Source: Felis catus
Taxonomy: Eukaryota
NCBI RefSeq assembly: GCF_018350175.1
Contig: NC_058373.1
Coordinates: forward strand, 105,092,001 to 105,156,000
Direction of reading: 5' to 3'
Length of the DNA stretch: 64,000 nucleotides
Under the pieces are notes generated by a model. The model was not told the origin of the DNA. It saw only the letters and a program-made list of their open reading frames with translations, and ran no database searches. The translations under genes were made by a program, and so were the position numbers. Shown here piece after piece: positions 37,246 through 51,082 of the stretch (position 1 is its first letter; every line of letters begins with the position of its first letter).

Positions 37246-38277
37246 TTTTTTTTTAATGTTTTTAAATTTATTTTTGAGACAGAGAGAGACAGAGCATGAG
37301 CAGGGGAGGGGCAGAGAGAGAGGGAGACACAGAATCCAAAGCAAGCTCTAGGCTCCGAGCTGTCAGCACAGAGCCCGATGTGGGGCTCGAACTCACAAAC
37401 TGCAAGATCATGACCTGAGCCGAAGTCGGATCCTCAACTGACTGAGCCACCCAGGCTCCCTAGTAGATTTTTTAAAATGAGAAATCTAAATGGGATTCCT
37501 CCTGGAATAAATTGATTTTAGGACACAGAAGTGGTTGCAGTATTTATTCTTTTATATTGAAATACAGTACTTCAGGCATATTGAATAATGTCACCTCTTT
37601 CTAAAAGTCATATACTGGACATTACTTACCTTCATATTTGCTCGAGATTTAATTATTATATTTTAATACGGCCTTGTCATGGCATTTAGCCCTTATCCTA
37701 AATGACCTATGCCTGTTACGATTGTGCGCTTTCTGTTTCTTTCCTCTAAAATCTATATTGTCAACTGATAGTTTTTGCATATGATAACTTTCTGGACAGT
37801 TCTTCAGAATTCTACTTGGAGCCAGGCTTTACTGATACCCATTTTGATCTATCGATCACCAGAGTTACCTAACAACTTAATGTTGTGGGGGCTTACTTTT
37901 TCTTTTTTTATTTAAGTTTTCAGTTTACGGATATTTTTTAAAATTTAGGTTTTCATTTGTTATATTTCACTGAGGTGTTCTGACTCTATTGTGCCAGAGC
38001 AAACATATATCATCAGTGAAGAGGTACCTTTCATTATACCACAGTTAAAATATTTAGCTTTTGGGGACGCCTGGGCGGCTCAGTCAGTTAAGCGTCTGAC
38101 TTTGGCTCAGGTCATGATCTCGCAGTTTGTGGGTTTGAGCCCCATGTCGGGTTCTGTGCTGACAGCTTGGAGCCTGGAGCCTGCTTCTGATTCTGTCTCC
38201 CTCTCTCTGCCCCTCCCCTGCTCACGCTCTGTCTCTCTCTCTCAAAAATGAATAAACATTAAAAAAATTAAAAAAAA
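37246..38277. mobile_element. Two CAN-SINEs (~37246-37460 minus, ~38062-38277 plus)
   Basis: TSDs AGTAGATTTTT and AAAATATTTAGCTTTT. Confidence 0.9.
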
Positions 38278-40919
38278 TATTTAGCTTTTGTAGGAGATAC
38301 AAACAGGTAAAGATGACCACACCAAATAAAGTTCTCAGCTTAGTGTTGGAGACTTAGTGGTTTTTAAAGTACGATTGTTTATTTAATTCTCACAACAGTA
38401 TTTTTTTTTATGAGAGAGGAACTTGAGGTATAGAGAGATTACAGAAGTTTTCACAGACTTGTAAGAAAATTTTTCTCTCCTCTACATTGTAAGGTCTATG
38501 AAAACAGGATGTCAGGTTTCTTCGTTGTAGTTTTTTCCTTTTCCCACTAATATGAATATCCACCAACTAGCACAGAGCTTGGCTTATAGTAAACCTCCAT
38601 TAAATAGTTTCTGAATAAATGAATGAGTGTGGGCCTTGCAATTAGCCTAACATATTGCTATTTGAAATAAAGTGTTGGAAGATTTGTTGTAACGTTCTAG
38701 AAAGTTCATTTTGGAAGGTAATTTACCTTCCCTTCATAATAGCTTTCTTTTTTTTTTTTTTAGGCAGTGCACTCTATAGGCAGTCTCATTTCCTAATATA
38801 ATTTTGTGAGCTTATAAATTAATTCTTTTTGGCTTAAGCTAGTTTAGGATAGTTTTCTGTCACTTGCAATAAAGGTTCTTGACTAATATTCCTTCTCCTT
38901 TGTATCTTGTCCCACTTATTTCAGGTGTCTTCTGATATGTCTTTTTCCCCTCCAACCCATTTTTCAAAGACATCTTTCTAACACATAAATGGTTCCTTCT
39001 AGAAATCCTTTAATGGCCTCAGCACCAACAGGATGAGGATTAGGTCTTTTATCATAGCCTTTTATAAGTTTGGCCCTTCCAGATCTGACCCATGCCCACT
39101 TTTCTATTCTCCCTGCCACTATTCTCCAGCAATATGTAACTTTTTTTTTTTTTTTTTAACACCCCACCTCCCCATATACACACACTTGGATTTTGCTCAG
39201 AAGCTGCTTGTTGAGTTGCCAGGTGCATTCCATTGAGTATCACCTTTGTGTTGCCCATTCCCTTTATCAGTATTAAATACAATAGGGAAAATAAAAGGGA
39301 AAGTTTAAAAAACTCAGAAAATGATAAGCAATAGCTGAGATTTAAAGAATCCAACAGACGTCTGTGTGGGAACAAATAGAAGCGCTGCCTGAGTTAAGGT
39401 TGAGTATGACCTATAAATGTTCTATACATTAACCCCACTAATAAGTTGTTCTAGCATTTACTGCACTGTTTTAAAAACAAATGAGGCTATTCAATATATT
39501 TCACACTTAAAACTTTATACGGTAAAAGCCTAAGAAGCTACTGGTATCACTGATTCACGTCAGTCCTCCAGCCAGAGGTGGCTTCAGAGTTGCCACTTCT
39601 GGTGTGCTTCTTGTAGTACTTAGTTCCCCAGAGTAGAGCTTTCAGGGCCCCGTCTTAATACCTCCTTTTCTCCAGCAGAATCTGCCTGCTGTGGAATACT
39701 CCCGAGTTCAGCCTCTTTGTTTTGGAGTAGGTGGAGTGGGGGATGGAAGATCAAGGGGTGGTAAGAACTGAAGGGTTGAGAAGACTAGTGGTGGAGTGCC
39801 GGGGTGGGGGAGGGGGGGGTGGGGAAGTGAGTGCCCGTGAAGAGGACCGGGGAGGGGTTGTGGCAGCAGCATGTAGGTTTATGAAGCTGCTGTTGTCCAA
39901 AATAACATTAATTCACAAAAACAGTATATTTTGGTATGGAAAAATAAGCATGGTGTACTGGAATATAATATTTTTTTTTAAGAAAGGAAGACTGTGTTGT
40001 ATAGTCATTAATAGTTTATTAAGGATGCCTGTAGGGGTTCGTGAGCAATGGAATACCCATCAACAAAAGATGTGTACTTCACGTACAGTGCAGTACAGGG
40101 AAACTACAAAAATCAAATTTAGTCACACCCTTATGCACTCTCAAAATGTCAGCTTTTGTGGCTCAAATCTCTTATGTGATAAAAAACTTTCCAGACCTAC
40201 TCTTTAGAATTGTGTATAAGTTTCATGGGTTTGAGGGGATCTGTGTAACATGCATCATCTTTTACTACATATTGTGACAATCTGGACACTTTCTGTATAC
40301 TTTTGTGTTTTGGAGAGTTGCTTAGCCCAGTTAATAGCTCAGCAAAAACAAGGTAGTATCTTATTTTAAAGATTTTTAAAAAGAAAGTGTATCTTTAACT
40401 AGAATCCATGCCATTTCTGAATGAATAATCATTTTCTGATTAATGTATATAGGGACAGAATGAAGTAAATGCTAATAAGTGATTGTGCCACAGCGACCTG
40501 TGACTTAACATCCTCAGCGGCTGTTATTTTTTATTTTATCTGACTCCTGTTGCATTTATATTATCAATAATGCTAGCTCTGAAACTCAGCTAATGTGAAA
40601 TAATTGAAGAAAATCTCCCTAGTTCATTTTCAGAGACATTGTTTTCATTCACATAATAACGGAGTACTTAGGCTAAATGCCAGTCCCTGGTGATAAGATT
40701 GTGAGTAAAATAGGTATGTCTCTAACCTCAGAATTTATCTAGCACTTACAACGTGGGGGGGACATGGAGGATTACAAACATGAATAACTGAGCCTTCAAC
40801 TAAGAAGAGTCTCAGCCTTTATATCTCTCTCTTTCTCCTTTTGGAGTAGAGGGTCTTCTTTCCACCATCAAAGAGCTTCCCTTTCCCTTCCAATCCATCA
40901 AACTCATTCTTGACAGAGA

Positions 40920-42492
40920 ACTTTTATTTTATTTTGATTTGATTTGATTTAATTTAATTTAAGTTATTGTTTGTTTATTTAATTTGAAAGAGAGAGAGAG
41001 AGAATCCCAAGTAGACTTCCATGCCCATTGTGAAGGCTGGTGCAGGGCTCGATCTCATGAACTGCCAGACTGAGACCCAAGCAGAAATCAAGAGTCGGCT
41101 GCTTCACTGTTGAGCCACTCAGGCGCTCCTTGGCAGGAACACAAATCTGATATAATTCCTTTTCACCTCTCTCAGGTTCATGTTCCAATTCTCCAGCATA
41201 TCATTAAAAAGTCCTTTCTTAATCATAGCCTGTCTTTGCGAGCTTCATGTTTATGCTGCTTGCTGTTTATGCTATTTGCTGTTCACATTTTGAGGCTTTC
41301 CCTAATAGAACCACCATTACACCATCCCCAGCTGAACCAACCACTTATCCTTCTTGTATTCTTTTATGTATTTTGCAGTATTTTTACCATTATATCACAT
41401 TGGCTTGTTTTACATTGCTGTACCCTCTGTTAGACTCAGAGGGTCAGAGTAGAAAGTACTACCTCCTCTCATTTTAATCACAGCATCTTTTGTATATCCC
41501 TCCCAGACTCCTGCATGTTAGCCATCAGTAAGTGTCTGAATTGAATGTGAAGATAAAGTTTCTAAAGTCAGAAAATTCATAATTTACTAGTATATATAGG
41601 TAGATGCACAACTACCTTTTGTAACACTAGGTAGTATATACTGATGCTAACTAAAGTTGTAAATTTCTTGAAATTATGATCTTATATCGTGCCTCTTCTA
41701 TATCCTTAACCCTGTTCTCCATTCTGACATTTTACTGGGTGCATAATTCCCCTTCACATGCTTGACTGAAGGGAAGAAGGCTTATCAGCAGTCTAGTGGA
41801 CTTTCCCTCTCATTATTACAACCTTCTCCCTCCCACTTTAAAACCCTTGAAGAATGCAATACCTTCTGGTTATTGACCAGGAGAGAGATGCTATAGGTAT
41901 GAAAATACCAGGTGCCAGGAGCACCTGGCTGGCTCAGTGAGTAGAACATGCAGCTCTTGATCTCAGGGTCACGAGTTCAAACCCCACGTTGGGCACAAAG
42001 ATTACTTAAATAAGTAAATATAAAAAAAAAAATAAATAAAAATAAAGAGCTTTGCATTAAAAAAAAAATACCTTGAACAGAGAGAGCATACCATGAGACC
42101 CCATACAAAAGCCATAGAGGCAGATTCTTCTAGCTGGAGGCATTCTCTAGCATATGCAGTTTATAGTCCAAGGTGACCGACAACACAGCTATTTGAAAAA
42201 AAGATTGTGAAGAATTACTTGTTATGAGAGATGAAGCAATTTTAATTTTTGCAAAGACCATCAGGTAAATTTAAAAACTGTGTTTATAACTTTACCCTTT
42301 TCTTGTGGAAAGTAAATTTCCTCTCAAGCAGGTATTTATTTATAAGCAGAATTTTTTATTCATTTATGTCTTCTTTTCACATCTGATAACTGCACCTGAC
42401 CTTAGAATTTTATGGCCATAATTTCTCACGGTACTTAATACACTCTTGGGCATGCACTAACTTTTTTTTTAATGTTTATTTATTTTGGGGGT

Positions 42493-42549
<57 letters not shown>

Positions 42550-42698
42550 ACTGGCATGAGTGGAGGAGGGGCAGATAAAAGGGACAGACTCTCAAGCTGG
42601 CTCCGTGATTCAGGGCTCAACCTCACAAAACCTTGAGATCATGACCTGAGCCAAAATCAAGAGTCGGAGGCTTTGCTGACTGAGCCACCCAGGCACCC
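40920..42698. mobile_element. Three CAN-SINEs (~40920-41128 minus, 41917-42050 plus, 42462-42698 minus with long (GA)n)
   Basis: Consensus matches. Confidence 0.85.
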
Positions 42699-44580
42699 TT
42701 GCTAACTTTTAAGTCAAATGTATTTAAAACACCAAATTTTATCTATATACTTAAAACTATATTCTTAGTAATAATTTATGAAATGTTTACTACAACCTTA
42801 ATACCTAATTTGCAGTTGATGGGCTCATTTTGTTTACTTGTTTTTGGAAGAAATTTTGATTTCAAATCAGTGCCTTTTGAAAAAATACTTTTTACATATA
42901 CTGGATACAATGGTCTTATTTGAATTCTGCCAGATCATAAATACTGGAAATGAGGTGTTGGTTTGAGGAGAGAATATTGCAATTATGAAGGACAGGCAAA
43001 GCATAGAGGCAGTCTGGCATAAGGTGTTTCTTTTTTCCCCAATACCAAAGTCCTTAAAAATAATACTGGAATGATTCTTGGGCTGCTGAATTACTTTCTT
43101 TCTTGAGTTAACTCATTGGGAGTTGTTCTAATAACCTTGCAAAAACAAGACTTTTAAAATTCACATGGGGAAAAAACTGCCATCTTTTGATCTGAACATT
43201 TAGTAATGACCCCTATTAATTCTGTAATGATTAATTCTATATGTTGCTCGTTGGTGAGGCTTACAACTTTGACTTAACGTTTCTTTATATTTGTTCAAAC
43301 TGAAAGTACTCCCGTGCTCATTCTGAATGAATGTACTAAAAGATTTTATTCTCTTCCCCTTGATTGCCTCATGGTTTTTTAAAATTATATATTTTAATCA
43401 ACTACATGTGTATTGATTCTGGCTGCTATATTATTAGTGATTAAAATTCTTAATACATCATTTTAAGGAACCTGTAGACTGTGAATGCTCAATACTTATT
43501 GGCTGATAGTTGCTTTTGCTTTGAATATGCAAAGACATATGCTTTGAATGACAAAAATCTAAATTTTTCTTTTGGAGCATAGAAAAACAGTACTCTGAAA
43601 TTAAATTATAATAATTTAATTTGGGCTAAAGATATTAGTGTTTTGTTTGTTTTTCCATAGTATTTCTAAATTTTAAATCAGAATTTTCCCACATATTATT
43701 TAGAAGTAGTCTATCAGGAAAGGGGATATTTTATCAAAATCTATTTGACTAGAGCCAAGTTCAGCATTGTATAGGTTTATACAATTAGTAAGAAAATAAA
43801 ATTTAAATTGGTATTTGTAGAAGTAGGTTTTTTTACATGAATATTTCCATTGTTTTCCCATTCCCAGGAACTAATTTGTGGTTATGTATCTAGTTTCCTT
43901 TCCTAAGAAGTAATTTTCATTTTCTTATTTTCAAGGGTTGCAAAGTCTTATTTAAAAGGCCATGCAAGAGGGCAAATGGAAAATGCAGACTTACGTGATA
44001 CAAGAAGGGATTGCGGGGCCCGGGACAAAATAATCATTTAAATGTAGTTGTATATGCATTTCTTTAAACCGTTGTGCTATCCAAACAAAAAACCTTTGCC
44101 ATGTGACTTTGCAACCTCTGGTTTATAGTCATTCAACAATAACAAAATTTTAATGTTTGTATGTAGGTTATTTTAAAATAATAAATATGTTTGCAATTAT
44201 TGTGCTCATCTGTCAATACATTTGTGTGGGCCACATGGTATTTTGGTGGATTTTTTTAAAAAAAACAAAACAAATGAGGTGAAAACACTCTTAACCAATT
44301 CCTAACCTTTCCTCATGGCTCATCTTAGTCCTTATATTCAGGGGTAGGGTTGGAGTGATAGATGGGTAAAAGGTAGAGATGGTGTATCTTGACAGTTGTA
44401 TGAGATCAGCTCTATGAAAATATGACTTAAAATCTGGCATTGTAAAGTTTGGAGGAAATTCATATTTTCCAGCTCCGTCAAAGTTCCTCTTACACTGGGT
44501 TCATAAAACAAACAAAAAAAGAAGACGATATATCTTGCTCTATTCATTATTCTATATATTTATATATTTTACCTTTACAG

Positions 44581-44653
44581 CCTGAGGAAGAACTTGATCC
44601 TGAAGAGAGGGACAACTTCCTCCAACAGCTTTATAAGTTTATGGAAGACAGAG
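44581..44653 (+). CDS. ARID4A: ARID4A exon 12 ([24 protein letters not shown]), ARID domain start
   Basis: ttacag| and |gtattt, 73 nt. Confidence 0.97.
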
Positions 44654-44689
44654 GTATTTCATGCTCATTATTTAAAAGCAGTAATTTCT

Positions 44690-44820
44690 GGGGCATCTGG
44701 GTGGCTCAGTCAGTGAAGTGTCTGACTCTTGATCTTAGCTCAGGTCTTGTTCTCAGGGTCGTGAGTTCAAGCCTTGTGTTGAACACCTACTGTGGAGCCT
44801 CCTTTAAAAAAAAAAAAAAA
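44690..44820 (+). mobile_element. Short CAN-SINE 36 nt after the exon 12 donor
   Basis: Head, A tail and AAAAGCAGT.ATTTCT flanks. Confidence 0.85.
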
Positions 44821-45744
44821 GCAGTCATTTCTTTTAGTCATTTCTTTTACAGTTTTACATTCTAGGTTTATGCATTATTTTTGTTAGAATCGTGGATTTG
44901 GATTTCAAGTAAAGCCTAAGAATCAGTTACAGTTGAAAATAAGCATTTGAAATAAAAACAACCATTATCTATGTATAGGAAAATAGTTTGGATATAATTA
45001 TATTTAGCCTACTTGGGACTTATAAAACCAAAAAATACTATAATAATATTTCACTAATGGAAGGTGAACAGTCATAATATTAATTTACATATCCATTAAT
45101 TACTAATGCTGTTTGCAGTAATAAACTAGCCTCATCCTTGATCTCAAAAAAAGAAACAAATTAGGAGATCAAGTCCTATGTAAATAGAATAGGATTTTGA
45201 ATAGAGTTAAAAGAAATACAGCCTTTATAAATTCTAATTTTTGACATTATATTAGTCCTAGAAAATCCTGAGACAAATTTGTCCTAGATACTCTGTGGCT
45301 TTCAGAAATCATCCTTCAGATTACTGCCAGCAGTTTTAATATTTGTGTTAAAGCAGGGAAAATGGATCCATGCTCTAAATTACACCTGTAAAATTGTGTA
45401 TATTCTTACAGAGGCCTCTTGAGCCAACATCATTGTTAGCTGTACCTTGTAGTTGTAGGTTTTACTTGTACCCAGTCCACTGACAGGTGATTATATTAGT
45501 TGTGAGAGAGGTGATCTTATTAGTCATAGCAGTGAATCTAAAGAGCATCACAATACTTCATAAAGAATATAGAGAATATTTTATGTTGTCTTACATATTT
45601 AAAGGTTCTTTAAATAGATGCTTCTGATTAATAAAACTTGGGAAATGAGAAATTGGCAAGCTTTGTATTGATAGCTTTGTAACAGTATTTGAATTCAATT
45701 CCATTTGAATAAAAATTTTATTTCTACTTTCTGATATTAAAAAG

Positions 45745-45839
45745 GTACTCCAATCAACAAACCACCTGTTTTGGGCTATAAAGATCTCAATCTCTTCAAA
45801 CTCTTTAGACTGGTTTATCATCAAGGTGGATGTGACAAT
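45745..45839 (+). CDS. ARID4A: ARID4A exon 13 ([32 protein letters not shown]), ARID domain
   Basis: aaaaag| and |gtaagt, 95 nt. Confidence 0.96.
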
Positions 45840-45987
45840 GTAAGTAAGGACGTAATGAAAAAGTTAAATCATCTAATGTACTGTTCTGCACTTAGGTAAT
45901 AAACACATTTTCTTAATGAACATAGAATGTTAGTGTAAAGATTATTTCCCTTTGTAAATGTTAACAAATAAAAACTTAATTTTCCAG

Positions 45988-46085
45988 ATTGATAGTGGTG
46001 CTGTATGGAAGCAAATTTATATGGACCTTGGCATTCCTATTTTGAATTCAGCTGCTTCCTACAATGTAAAAACTGCTTATAGAAA
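45988..46085 (+). CDS. ARID4A: ARID4A exon 14 ([33 protein letters not shown]), ARID domain
   Basis: ttccag| and |gtaagt, 98 nt. Confidence 0.97.
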
Positions 46086-46624
46086 GTAAGTAGTATAGTT
46101 TATTCATCAAAGAATACATATTACAGGGAATATTTTCCATTTAATTTGTTAACAATTAAACAAGAACACATCAATCAAAGAACATTAAAGTTAGAGAAAG
46201 TGCATAAAAAAGTTCAGGTTAATAGATGATTGGGATTGAACATTATTTCATTGCACCAAGTCTGCTTTACTCCATTTTTCATGTTGTCCTAAATTTCCTT
46301 TTCAGAGTTAGGGATGCAGGTAGTGTTAACAGTCTGAAATGATGATAGGTGTTCTAGAGCTATATCTTCTGTGGTGAACAACTTTCATATCAAAACTATG
46401 ATAGCTATGTTCAGTTATCACAAGCATAGATTTTTTTAGGAAGAAATTGTATGATCAATATTCCTGTTTATAATCCTGTATAAAACCAAGAAGTCAGTAC
46501 CATAAAAAAAGTACTTTAAAAAAAAGTCTTAAGTTTTACTTTTTAAAAATAAAATGTTTAATAATATAGTATTCAAGTTAATGTAAAGACTAAGATTTCC
46601 TAAAATGAAATATTGTTTGTTTAG

Positions 46625-46856
46625 GTATCTCTATGGTTTTGAGGAATACTGCCGTTCTGCAAATATTCAGTTCAGAACTGTTCACCACCATGAACCAAAA
46701 GTAAAAGAGGAAAAAAAAGAGTTAGAAGAATCAATGGAAGAGGCTCTAAAAGTAGATCAAGAAATGCCTTTAGTAGAAGTGAAGAGTGAACCTGAGGAGA
46801 ATATTGATTCAAACAGTGAAAGTGAAAGAGAAGAAATAGAATTAAAATCTCCAAGG
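46625..46856 (+). CDS. ARID4A: ARID4A exon 15 ([18 protein letters not shown]...ELKSPR)
   Basis: gtttag| and |gtaagt, 232 nt; inside ORF 46605..46868. Confidence 0.97.
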
Positions 46857-47029
46857 GTAAGTAGTTAATAATTAGTTTTATCTGGTTTATTTTAAACATT
46901 ACTTAAAATTTTTCATTATGGACATTTTAAGATATACACAGAAATACTTCAGTGAACCTAGTTTGTTTTCTAGTATTGAGTTGTGCTTTAGGCAGACTAG
47001 CCTGGCTGTTTTTTTCCTTAAAAAAAATT

Positions 47030-48455
47030 GTTTTGTTTTGTTTTTAATCTTTATTTTGAGAGAGAGAGACAGAGAGTGTGAGCAGTGGAGGAGCAGAGAG
47101 AGAGAGAGGGAGACATGGAATCTGAAGCAGGCTCCAGGCTCTCAGCTGTCAGCACAGAGCCCGACTCGGGGCTTGAACTCACGGAACGTGAGATCATGAC
47201 CTGAGCCAAAGTCAGATGCCTAACTGACTGAGGCCACCCAGGCGCCCCTGCCTGTTTTTTTCTAAATATGCCTGTTACTCTTCCTGAAAAACCATTTCTC
47301 CTGTTGTTTTCTATTTATGTCTGTTTAAGTCATTCTCATCTGGGGTCAGTCTCAAATATTCACCTCCCTTAAGTCTAGCTAAAAAGTCACCTCGCTCAGG
47401 GTGGCTGAGTGGCTCAGTTGGTTGAGTGTCTGACTCTTGATTTTGGCCAGGGTTTTGATCCCAGGGTTGTGGGATCGAGTCCCACAGTGGGCTCTGCGCT
47501 GAGCATGGAGTCCGTTTGGGATTCTCTCTCTCCCTCTGTCCTTCTCGCTCGCTTTCTAGAAAAAAAATTTTTTTTTAATTTTTAAAAAGTCACTTCACTG
47601 AAGCCTATCCTGGTCACCTTATCTAAAATTGTAATCTGCCTTGTCTGTTTGGCATTTGCAGTCCCTCTAATGTTGCTCCTTTTACTTGTAATTTACTTAC
47701 TCATATTCTCTTTATTATATTTGTTTCTTTTACCCCACTCTGCACTGGATTCACACTCCATGAGGGCAGGGATTAGTATTTTTTCTGTTCATTGACAGAT
47801 CCCAGGCATCTAGAATAGTACTTCATCTACATTAAGAACTTACTAAATAGTTGTTGAATGAATGAATCTCTTCCTTATAATTCCTGTGCCTCCAACTGGA
47901 TGGGTTCTTTTCATTCTCTGTTACCTCACAGCACACTGCACATAAAATTCTTGTGGCAGTTTATTATGCTTCATCTTATTTTCTAGTCATGTGCTCACTG
48001 CTTTTATCTTCTAACTCTGCTCTTCTCCATTATTATTTAAGTCCTTTGCAGAAGTTGTCATCCATTATTTTGGTCATTGCTAAATGATGTCTACATAGGA
48101 TTTATTAAATTTTAGGAGAAAAAATTATCACATTATCAAAGAAGTTCAGTTACTATTATGTCTTATTTTTCAGTGAAATCCTACTTAATGAAAGAGGAGA
48201 TGAAATCACCTCTTACCTCTTTTAGTTGCTCAGAAACCATTTTTTAAAACTGTCCATTTTGGGGCGCCTGGTGGCTCATTTGGTTAAGTGTCCGAAGCTC
48301 AGGTCATGATCTCATGGTTCATGAGTTCGAGCCTTGCGTCGGGGTCTGCTGTCACCAAGAGCCTGCTTTGGATCCTCTGTCTCCCTCTCTCTGCCCCTTC
48401 CCTACTCGCACTTTCTTTCTCTTTCTCAAAAATAAACGAACGTTAAAAAAATAAA
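47030..48455. mobile_element. Three CAN-SINEs (~47030-47248 minus, 47398-47580 plus, 48261-48455 plus) and an L2-like relic ~47590-47865
   Basis: Consensus matches; the L2 end has TTGTTGAATGAATGAAT. Confidence 0.85.
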
Positions 48456-48544
48456 CAACTGTCTATTCTGACCATCATCCAGTAAATGGAATCTTCTAGT
48501 GAATTTCATGAAACATTCAAATTGGTTTGTTTGATTTCTTTTTC

Positions 48545-48950
48545 ATTTTTTTAATTGTAAAAAACTGTGGTAAGTACACATATAATTTATCATCTTAGCC
48601 ACTTCTAAGTGTATGGTTCAGTGGCATTAACTACATTCACATGTCGTGCAGTCATCACCACCGTCCATCTCCAATACTTTTTTCATCTTGCAAAACTGAA
48701 ACTCATCATTAAACAGTAACTTTCCATTCCTCTCTCCCCCAGCTTGTGGCAACAGCCATTCTACTTTCTGTCTCTGATTTGACTATTCTGGGTACTTCAT
48801 ATAAGTGGAATCATACGGTATTTGTCCTTTTGTGCCTGGCTTATTTCACTCAGTATAATGTCTTGCAGGTTGAATCTGTGTATGTGTCACAATTTCCTTC
48901 CTTTTTAAGACTGAATAATAACTCCCATTATATGTATTTTGGACACACTT
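48545..48950 (-). mobile_element. L1 3'-end fragment (L1M-type)
   Basis: CTACTTTCTGTCTCTG..TAAGTGGAATCATACGGTATTTGTCCTTTTGTGCCTGGCTTATTTCACT. Confidence 0.85.
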
Positions 48951-49209
48951 TCTTGTCATTACATAAAGATGTTCCTCATCTTTTTTTTTAAGTTTTATTT
49001 AAAACTTAACATAAAAAGATGTTAAAGATGTTTCTCATCTTATGTAAAATACCTGTAGAGTACTGCATATTATGGATATTCCATAAATTTACCTTCCTTA
49101 AGATTTTGTCCAATTTTTTATGATTACAAAATGCTGTAATAAATATGCTTATAAAAATTCCTCGTTTGTCTGAATGAATGGGCGGCAAACTTCTAAAAAT
49201 GGGATTTCT

Positions 49210-50040
49210 GGGGCAGCTGGCCGGCTCACTGGGAAGAGCATGTGACTCTTGATCTCAGGGTCCTGTGTTCAAGCCCCACACTGGGGGCAGAGATTACTTA
49301 AATAAATAAATAGGGGCACCTGGATGACCCAATCGGTTAAGTGTCTGAGTCTTGATTTTGGCTCAGGTCATGATCTCATGACTGGTGGGGTCAAGCCTCT
49401 CATTGGGCTCTGTGTTGACAGCACAGAGCCTGCATGGGATTCTCTCTCTCTGCTCTTCCCCCTGCTCACGTGTGTGCTCTCTCTCTCTCTCAAAATAAAT
49501 AAATGGGGATCTGGGTGGCTCAGTCACTTAAGCATCTGACTCTTGATTTCAGCTTAGGTCATGATCTCATGACTCGTGAGTTTAAGCCCCATGTCAGGCT
49601 CTGCACTGGCAGCCCTGAGCCTCTTGGGATTCTGTCTCTCCCTCTGTCTCTGCTCCTCCCCTGCTTCTGTTCTCTCTCTCAAAATAAATAAACTTAAAAA
49701 AATTATTTAAAAACTATTTAAATAAGTTAATCAAAATTAAAAATTAAAATGGGACTTCTGAAACACAGGTATACAGGCCTGAAGTTTGATAGAGAACAGT
49801 TCTTTTCATTCATTTACCTACAAGTATTTAAAGAACATATGCTGGGGCGCCTGGGTGGCTCAGATGGTTAGGCGTTTGATTCTTGGTTTCAGCTCAGGTC
49901 ACAATCTCACAATTTCCTGAGTTCGACCCCGTGCTGGGCTCTGTGCTGGCAGTGCACAGCCTGCCTTCTCTTGCTGCCCCTCCCCTGCTAAACTTTATAA
50001 AAATAAAAGATGAAACTAAATAAAAATTTACTTAAAAAAA
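49210..50040 (+). mobile_element. Head-to-tail stack of CAN-SINEs (~49210-49310, 49312-49503, 49505-49700) plus 49844-50040
   Basis: Each new head follows the previous A-rich tail. Confidence 0.88.
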
Positions 50041-50701
50041 TAAAGAACACCTGCTATGTGCATAGGATATAGAAGTGAATAAGAGAGTCCTTGTCTTCAT
50101 GGAACCTACCCTTTAGTTCTTTGTGATAAAAAAAAATAAACTTATTTTCTAACTTTGAAGTTGAAATAACACATAGTTAGGAACTAGGGAAAATGTATTA
50201 TACTGAGATATAATTATAATGTTTTCTAGTGCTGAGTTGTTGGCCCCTTTTCTGTCCTCACTTTATTCCAAGTAGAGGGGAACTCTGCCAGTGTGTAGAA
50301 GTGGACTTGAAGGAGAACTTAGGACAGAATAAAATGGCTCACCAGTTTCATGGTCAGTCGAGCATGCAAGAGGCTAGATGAAAGCTTCTGGGGGAAGACA
50401 AGTTCCTGCCGGCCTAGTGAGCTCTCTAGATACTCATTCAAAGAAATCCGCTCACTTGTTGGCCATTGATATAATTCAATCCTTTTAAAATGTAGTCACA
50501 CAGAAATAGAGTGATAATGTAAATTTTATCTTAAAAATGGTGGAATTAGAGACCACAGAGCTTTAAGAGTCCATAATATATTTTTTTTTTTTTTTGCTGG
50601 TTAATCTTTTAAAAGTACTATTATTAACCTGTATCATTGATGTTTAGTTAATTATTTTAGAACATTCATTGTAGCCAAGAAATATTGCAAGTGAGATAAA
50701 A

Positions 50702-51082
50702 CATGCTAAGTGAAATAAGTCTGACAAAGACAAATCCCATATGATTTCACTTACAAGTAGAATCTCAAAAAGAAAAAAGAATAAACGAAAAAAGAGAAAC
50801 AGACTGATGAATACAGAGAATAAACTAGTGTTTGCCAGAGGGAGGGAGTGGGCGGATGGGCTAAGTAAGTATAGGGGATTCAGAGGTGCAAACTTGGAGT
50901 TATAAGTCACAGGAATGAAAAGTACAGCATAAGGGATATATTCAATACTATTGGGATAACTGTCTGGTGACCAACGGTGATTATACTTAACCATGGTGAG
51001 CACTGCATAATGTATATAATTGTCAATTGACTGTGTTATACACCTGAAATTAACATGTCAACTCTGATTCAATTAAAATTTT
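50702..51082 (+). mobile_element. L1 3'-end fragment
   Basis: ATGCTAAGTGAAATAAGTC..GACAAAGACAAAT..CATATGATTTCACT..ACACCTGAAATTAA hallmark. Confidence 0.88.
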
